From contig CAXXNO010000012.1 in NCBI GenBank assembly GCA_963663235.2, positions 224,001 through 288,000 on the forward strand: 64,000 nt of DNA, read 5' to 3'. Of this stretch, positions 58,227 to 64,000 are shown piece by piece. Source of the DNA: Dehalococcoidia bacterium. Lineage in GTDB: Bacteria > Chloroflexota > Dehalococcoidia > Bin125. How positions within the stretch are numbered: position 1 is the first letter of the stretch; each line of letters starts with the position of its first letter. Made by a program: the position numbers and the translations under genes. The notes beneath the pieces were generated by a model. The model made no database searches. It worked only from the letters and a program-made list of their open reading frames with translations, and was not told where the DNA came from.

Positions 58227-59246
58227 GTGGCCACCCCGTTCCTCGACGAATTGGCGGCGATCTTCCCCACCGCGCGGCCGCGCCGCCGGCGCCTGGCCGA
58301 AGACCGCGCCACGGTAGCGCCGCTGCGCCGCTTCCGCGGCGCGGTGGAAACGGTGCGCGGGGAGATCACCTCCTCCCCCTTCGAAGGACACAGCGCGGCC
58401 CTCGTCCGCGACACGATTCGACGGCTCACGCAGATCGCCGCGGCGTATGACGCGGACACGCTCGAAGAGAGCGCGGCCGGGATCTACGACGCGCCGGACG
58501 GCTTCCGGGGCGACCTGGCCTTGGTGCGGGCGCTGGCCGCCGCCCCAGGCGAAGCGCGGCAGATCCTGGCCATGCGCGCGTACGCGGCCGCCGCCGCCCT
58601 CTGCTCCGATCAGCCGGCGCCCGACCTGCAGGAGTTGGCAGTCGACCAATCGATCGTCTTGGAGCGGCTCTCCTACAGCGTGGCTCTAGAGGCGCCGCAG
58701 CAGATCGAGGCCCTCAGCGCCGACTTCGAACTGTTTCGCCGGCGCTATCAACGCGCCTACCTGGAGCACCATCGTGCCTATCACGCAGCCGCCGGGGCTG
58801 TGCGAACGGACCTGGAGGCTCATCGATCTTGGGTGAGTGCGCTCGCTGTGCTCAACGGAATCGACGAACTCGGTCCGTCGGTCGGCGCGGACCTGGAGGA
58901 GCGGTTGCAGGCGCTGCTCGACGCGCTGCCGCCCTGCGGCCTCGGGGAGCAGGCGCTGCGCTCATCGCTCGCCACCAACGCCCGCTGCCCGGAGTGCGGC
59001 CTGGCGATCGCGGACCAACCGCCCAGCATCCAGGCGCACGCCTGGACCGAGGACTGTCGCCGCGCCTTGCACACCCAGCAGCGCCGGCTGGCCCGGGCGA
59101 TGGTAGCCCGCGCGATCGAGGACGGCAGCCGCCCCGCGTTCGAGCGCTTCCTCCGCGCCGTAGGCGCGGGCGACGTTGCTCCGTTGGTCGAAGTCATGGA
59201 CGGTTCCGTGGCGGCGCTGATCCGCGAAGTACTCGCGAAGCGCTGA
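58227..59246 (+). CDS. Hypothetical helical protein with C...CPECG Zn-binding motif
   Basis: AGGAG RBS; protein-like codon usage; YQRAYLEHH and CPECG motifs. Confidence 0.65.
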   Translation: MATPFLDELAAIFPTARPRRRRLAEDRATVAPLRRFRGAVETVRGEITSSPFEGHSAALVRDTIRRLTQIAAAYDADTLEESAAGIYDAPDGFRGDLALVRALAAAPGEARQILAMRAYAAAAALCSDQPAPDLQELAVDQSIVLERLSYSVALEAPQQIEALSADFELFRRRYQRAYLEHHRAYHAAAGAVRTDLEAHRSWVSALAVLNGIDELGPSVGADLEERLQALLDALPPCGLGEQALRSSLATNARCPECGLAIADQPPSIQAHAWTEDCRRALHTQQRRLARAMVARAIEDGSRPAFERFLRAVGAGDVAPLVEVMDGSVAALIREVLAKR

Positions 59247-59250
59247 TCAT

Positions 59251-59910
59251 ATGCCCCGGGCCCGGCTTCCACGCCTTCACTCACGCCGGCCGTCTCCGCT
59301 GGCGGGGGCGCGCATCGTGGTCGGGCTGGGCAATCCCGGCGAAGAGCACGCCCGCCACCGCCACAACACCGGTGCGCGCGCGCTCGACCGCCTAAGCGAA
59401 GCGCTGCGACTGCCGCTGCGCGACAAGAGCCGGATGTTCGTCAGCGGCCAGGCCGTGACGGCGTCCGGGCCTATCGTGCTGGCGCGACCGCGCACCTACA
59501 TGAACGAGAGCGGCCGGGCGGTGCAGGCGCTCCTCACCGTCCACCGGGCCGCGCCCGACTCCCTCATCGTGCTGGTCGACGACGTCGACCTGCCGCTGGG
59601 CCGGGTCCGCGTGCGCCCCGGCGGCGGCGACGGTGGCCAGAAGGGGATGCGCTCGATCCATCAGGTGGTCGGTTCGTTGGACTTTCCCCGGGTGCGGATC
59701 GGGATCGGACGCCCGCTCGTGAATGGAGCGCCTTCCTGGGATGCGGACGCGGTCGCCGACTACGTGCTCCATGACCCGACTGCAGAGGAGGCGACGGTTC
59801 TCGCGGCCGCGGAGGAACGGGCGGCGCAGGCGGCTCTCTCCGTCCTCCGCGACGGAGTGGAAGCGGCGATGAACCGATTCAACGCCGACGACGGGGAGGC
59901 GGACCGCTAA
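59251..59910 (+). CDS. pth: Peptidyl-tRNA hydrolase
   Basis: VGLGNPG, RHNTG, TYMNESG, DDVDL and RVRIGIGRP motifs. Confidence 0.93.
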   Translation: MPRARLPRLHSRRPSPLAGARIVVGLGNPGEEHARHRHNTGARALDRLSEALRLPLRDKSRMFVSGQAVTASGPIVLARPRTYMNESGRAVQALLTVHRAAPDSLIVLVDDVDLPLGRVRVRPGGGDGGQKGMRSIHQVVGSLDFPRVRIGIGRPLVNGAPSWDADAVADYVLHDPTAEEATVLAAAEERAAQAALSVLRDGVEAAMNRFNADDGEADR

Positions 59911-60022
59911 CGGACAGCCACACGTTGCTGCTCTAAACTCAAGGCCAGCGCGGGGTTCTATGTGTCAGGGGCGGGTCCAAGCGGCCGGTCCCCTTTGCCA
60001 TTACCCCCGCGAGGACGAGCCA

Positions 60023-63000
60023 GTGACGACCAGCCAGGCGACCTCGGGCCTGCTTTCCGGCCTCCTCCCCGAGGTCGATGCCGCCGTCCGCGACGCCTTG
60101 GGTTCGGACGCCCGCCCCCCCGACCCGGAGCGGCCGCTCACCTTGGGCCTGCCGGAAGGCGCCAAGGCGCCGGCCATCGCCGCGCTGGCGCGGATCGTCG
60201 CCGGTCCCGTCCTGGTCGTGACCGCGCGGCCCAATCACGCCTTGGCGCTGCTGGAGGACGTGCGCGTCTGGTTGCCCGCCGACGACCCGCGGCCGGTCCT
60301 CCCCTTTCCCGAGCGGGAGTCGCTGCCCTACGAGCGGCGCGCCCCAGACAGGGACGCCGTCCAGGCGCGCCTCCGCGCCCTAGCCTCGCTGGCGGCGGGC
60401 GAGCGACCGCTGATCATCGCCGACGCCCAAGCGCTCTCGCAGCGCACGCGCGCTATCGAGCAGCGCAGGGCGGGCGGCGGGACGGCCTTGCCGCCGCTGC
60501 GGGTCGGCGGGCGCCTGGCGTTGGAACCGTTCCTCACCGCGCTCGACGCGGCGGGCTACCGCGTGCAGGCTGTGGTCGACGAGCCGGGCACCGTCGCCCG
60601 ACGCGGCGGCATCATCGACCTCTTCCCCGTCACCGACGAGACGCCGCTTCGGATCGAACTCGTGGGCGATGAGATCGAGAGTCTGCGCCGCTTCGACCCC
60701 GCCACGCAGCGTTCCACCGCCCAGGTCCAGGCGGCCACGCTGACCACCGCGACCGAAGCGCAGGTCGACGCCGACGCGGTCACGCTGGCGGCGTCGCTGG
60801 ACGTGGACCGGCTCCACCCGGAGGCGGCGGTCACCTTCGGCGCGGACTTGACCCAGATCGAGCGGGGCGCGCTTCCCGGCAAGCTGGGCTTCTGGACGGC
60901 GTTCCTCACCCGGGGCGCCCTCTGGGACCACCTGCCCGCCGGAACGCTGGTCGTCTGGGACGAAGGGGACAAGATCCGCCTCCTGCTCGACGACCTCGCC
61001 GAGCAAGCGGCCGCCGTCCGTCGCGATCTAGAGACGCGCAGCGAGATCCCCCCGGGACTGCCGCTGCCCCAGATGTCGACGGATGAGACCATCGCCGGCC
61101 TCGACAGACGTTCCCGCATCGACCTGCGCCAATTCGCCAGCGAAGACCTCGCATCGGAGGTGCGACGTCTGCCGTTTTCAGCCGTGGAGTCCTACGGCGG
61201 GAGGCTCCGGCCGTTGATGGACTACCTGCAAGAGGTGCAGCGGGGCGAAGAGCGCGCGGTGCTTGTATCGCTCCAGGCGCCGCGGCTGGCCTCGCTCTTC
61301 GTCGAGTACGGCCTGACGGTGCGGACCGAAGTGCCGGCGGCAACAGCGCCGCCCGCCGACGCGGTCACGCTCCTGCACGGCGCCGCCCCCCAGGGCTGGC
61401 GGCTGCGACGGCCGCAGGGCGACGTGATCCTCCTCACCGACACCGAGGTCTTCGGGTTCGCCAAGCAGCGCCGCGCGCAGCCGCGTGCGGCGCGCAAGCA
61501 CACCGCCTTCCTCGACGGGCTCAAGTCGGGCGACTACGTGGTGCACATTGAGCACGGAATCGGCCGCTACGCGGGCATGACCCAGGAGCAGATCGGCGAC
61601 CGGACGCGCGAGTACCTGCAGTTGACCTACGCCGACAACGACCGCCTCTTGGTCCCCACAGATCAACTCCATCGGCTCCAGCGCTACGTCGGGCCCAGCG
61701 ACTCGCCGCCCGCTCTGACGCGGCTGGGCACGCAGCAGTGGCAGCGCGCCAAGCAGCGGGTCCGGGACTCCGTGCGTGAACTGGCTCAAGACCTCCTCAG
61801 CCTCTACGCCGCGCGCCAGGTTCTCCCCGGCGTCGCCGCGCCACCCGATGGGCCTTGGCAGATGGAACTGGAAGCGGCCTTCCCCTACATCGAGACCCCC
61901 GACCAGGTCCAGGCTGTGGGCGAGGTCAAGGCGGACATGGAGCTGCCCCGCCCCATGGACCGGCTGGTGGTGGGCGACGTAGGGTACGGCAAGACGGAAA
62001 TCGCGGTGCGCGCGGCCTTCAAGTCCGCGCTCGGCGGCCAGCAGGTGGCGATGCTGGTGCCCACCACCGTGCTCGCCCAGCAGCACTTCGACACTTTCCG
62101 CGCGCGGCTGGCCCCCTTCCCCGTCCGTATCGAGATGCTGTCGCGGTTCCGGTCAGAGGCGGAACAGCGTCGAATCGTGAAGGATCTGGCGGCCGGCCGG
62201 GTGGACATTGTGATCGGCACGCATCGGCTGCTGCAACAGGACGTGCAGTTCAAGTCGCTGGGGCTGGTGATCATCGATGAAGAGCAACGCTTCGGCGTCG
62301 CGCACAAAGAGCGCTTGAAGCAGATGCGCCGCGAAGTGGACGTGCTCACGCTGTCCGCCACGCCCATCCCCCGCACGCTGCACATGGCGGTGGCGGGCAT
62401 CCGCGACATGTCCACCCTCGAGACGCCGCCGGCGGCGCGCGTGCCCATTACCACCTACGTCATGGACACGGAGGATCAGACCACTCGCGAAGCGATCCTC
62501 CACGAGGTTGAACGAGGCGGCCAAGTCTACGCCGTCCACAACCGCGTGCAATCGATCGAACAGGTGGCGCGCCGGCTGCGGGATCTGGTGCCGGAGGCCC
62601 GCTTCCTGGTTGGCCACGGGCAAATGCCGGAGGAGAAACTGGCGCAGGTGATGGCCGACTTCACCGCCGGCGATGCCGACGTGCTGGTCTGCACCACGAT
62701 CATCGAGTCGGGCCTGGACATCCCCAACGTAAACACGATCATCATTTTCCAGGCGCAGCGGCTGGGTCTGGCGCAGCTCTACCAGTTGCGCGGCCGTGTC
62801 GGACGCGGAGCGGTCCGCGCCTACGCCTACCTCTTCTACGATCGCAGCCTGCCGCTCACGGAGACCGCGCGGAAGCGGCTGCAGACGATCTTCGAAGCCA
62901 CCGAGCTGGGCGCCGGTTTCCAGATCGCACTGCGGGATCTGGAGATCCGCGGCGCCGGCAGCCTGCTGGGCGCAGAGCAGAGCGGCTACATCGGCGCCGT

Positions 63001-63544
63001 GGGCTTCGAGCTCTACACGCAGATGCTGGGTGAGGCCGTGGAACGCCTGCGGGCGGAAACGGAAGGCCGCCGGCCGGAACCGCCGCGCCGAGGGCCGGCC
63101 GTTGCGCTGGACCTGCCCATCGTGGCGCACATTCCGGAGAGCTACGTGGGCGACGCCAACCTGCGGCTCAGCATCTACCAGAATCTCGCCGACGTGGACA
63201 GGACGGAGACGGTCGACGAGATCGCGGCCGGGCTGCTAGACCGTTTTGGGCCGCCGCCGTCGCCTGCCCAAAACCTCCTGTCCGCCGTGCGCTTGCGCAC
63301 ACTCGCCGCCCGCATTGGAGCGGAGTCGTTGGCGCGAGAGGAGGGCGCCATCGTTTTGCGCCTGGCGGACGGAATGACCTTCGAAGGCCGCGCCCATCAA
63401 GCCGGCCTGCCGCCGAGCGTCCACGTGGGCCGCACCCTGGCCCGCTTCGACCTCGACGCCCTCGGCGACGGCTGGATGGAGAGCCTCGCGGACCTCCTCA
63501 CACAGCTCGGGGACACCTCCCCGGCCGGCGTTGCTGCCCGCTAG
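60023..63544 (+). CDS. mfd: Transcription-repair coupling factor
   Basis: RGGIIDLFP, HIEHGIG (CarD-like), GDVGYGKT, DEEQRFG, QLRGRVGR and TRCF domain. Confidence 0.96.
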   Translation: MTTSQATSGLLSGLLPEVDAAVRDALGSDARPPDPERPLTLGLPEGAKAPAIAALARIVAGPVLVVTARPNHALALLEDVRVWLPADDPRPVLPFPERESLPYERRAPDRDAVQARLRALASLAAGERPLIIADAQALSQRTRAIEQRRAGGGTALPPLRVGGRLALEPFLTALDAAGYRVQAVVDEPGTVARRGGIIDLFPVTDETPLRIELVGDEIESLRRFDPATQRSTAQVQAATLTTATEAQVDADAVTLAASLDVDRLHPEAAVTFGADLTQIERGALPGKLGFWTAFLTRGALWDHLPAGTLVVWDEGDKIRLLLDDLAEQAAAVRRDLETRSEIPPGLPLPQMSTDETIAGLDRRSRIDLRQFASEDLASEVRRLPFSAVESYGGRLRPLMDYLQEVQRGEERAVLVSLQAPRLASLFVEYGLTVRTEVPAATAPPADAVTLLHGAAPQGWRLRRPQGDVILLTDTEVFGFAKQRRAQPRAARKHTAFLDGLKSGDYVVHIEHGIGRYAGMTQEQIGDRTREYLQLTYADNDRLLVPTDQLHRLQRYVGPSDSPPALTRLGTQQWQRAKQRVRDSVRELAQDLLSLYAARQVLPGVAAPPDGPWQMELEAAFPYIETPDQVQAVGEVKADMELPRPMDRLVVGDVGYGKTEIAVRAAFKSALGGQQVAMLVPTTVLAQQHFDTFRARLAPFPVRIEMLSRFRSEAEQRRIVKDLAAGRVDIVIGTHRLLQQDVQFKSLGLVIIDEEQRFGVAHKERLKQMRREVDVLTLSATPIPRTLHMAVAGIRDMSTLETPPAARVPITTYVMDTEDQTTREAILHEVERGGQVYAVHNRVQSIEQVARRLRDLVPEARFLVGHGQMPEEKLAQVMADFTAGDADVLVCTTIIESGLDIPNVNTIIIFQAQRLGLAQLYQLRGRVGRGAVRAYAYLFYDRSLPLTETARKRLQTIFEATELGAGFQIALRDLEIRGAGSLLGAEQSGYIGAVGFELYTQMLGEAVERLRAETEGRRPEPPRRGPAVALDLPIVAHIPESYVGDANLRLSIYQNLADVDRTETVDEIAAGLLDRFGPPPSPAQNLLSAVRLRTLAARIGAESLAREEGAIVLRLADGMTFEGRAHQAGLPPSVHVGRTLARFDLDALGDGWMESLADLLTQLGDTSPAGVAAR

Positions 63545-63589
63545 ACTCCGGCGGCACGCGTTCCGGACCGTGCGGAAAAGAGACGCGCC

Positions 63590-63904
63590 ATGAACGATGA
63601 TCATGAACGACGGCCACACGGGGCGTCCGACCCCGCCGGCCCCGACGACTCGCGGCCCGGCGTACCGCCGAAAATCGCCGGCGAGACGGGACAGCAAGAG
63701 GACGCGGAGGTCGATCTCCCCCGCGAGCACGTCGAGGTGCCCACCGGCTCCTTCGGCCCGCAGATGATCGGGCACGAGCATCGCGTCCCGTCGACAGAGG
63801 CGGGCCGCCGGCGACTCAACCGGCTGCAACGCGAGTTCATGAAGCAGGGATGCCTGACAGCGCTTCTCTTCTCGGCGCCGTTGATCCTCCTGCGCCTCCG
63901 CTAG
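63590..63904 (+). CDS. Hypothetical protein with C-terminal hydrophobic segment
   Basis: 104-aa ORF after mfd; no recognisable motif. Confidence 0.45.
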   Translation: MNDDHERRPHGASDPAGPDDSRPGVPPKIAGETGQQEDAEVDLPREHVEVPTGSFGPQMIGHEHRVPSTEAGRRRLNRLQREFMKQGCLTALLFSAPLILLRLR

Positions 63905-64000
63905 CCGGAGAATTGGGGCCCCGTCGGACCGGCAGGACGACGGCGGCCGCGGGCCGCGGCGGGGCCGAGCCATCCTGCTAGGATGAGGCCTGCTCGCCGA

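Overview
High-GC bacterial chromosomal segment, densely coding (~60 genes). The gene content (LysM/M23 and DUF3105 proteins, family-5 SBP lipoprotein, stand-alone MetE core domain, DinB proteins) suggests Chloroflexota/Dehalococcoidia; this is inference only. Most of it is housekeeping or metabolic: cobB, nfo, dut, a Zn-type ABC operon with a Fur-family regulator, an ECF sigma/anti-sigma pair, metF, iscA with two iscS copies, a nuoB-nuoI-nuoG-like cluster, hisG, acsA, ADP-forming acyl-CoA ligase, pth and mfd. No CRISPR array, tRNA/rRNA or transposase was seen. Signals missed by the ORF track: (1) an apparently stand-alone, multi-domain structured ncRNA of ~325 nt (2277-2601) with its own promoter, palindromic operator and terminator, which I cannot assign to a family; (2) a hidden ArsC/Spx-fold selenoprotein (UxxC, in-frame TGA plus SECIS-like hairpin, 18050-18409) behind a LysR regulator that may start at ATC; (3) two genes with clean internal deletions; (4) a leaderless uORF whose TGA abuts the pyrE-like start in frame; (5) a structured leader upstream of a solo LuxR-HTH/VIT1 pair; (6) a HigBA-like toxin-antitoxin module with a visible operator.
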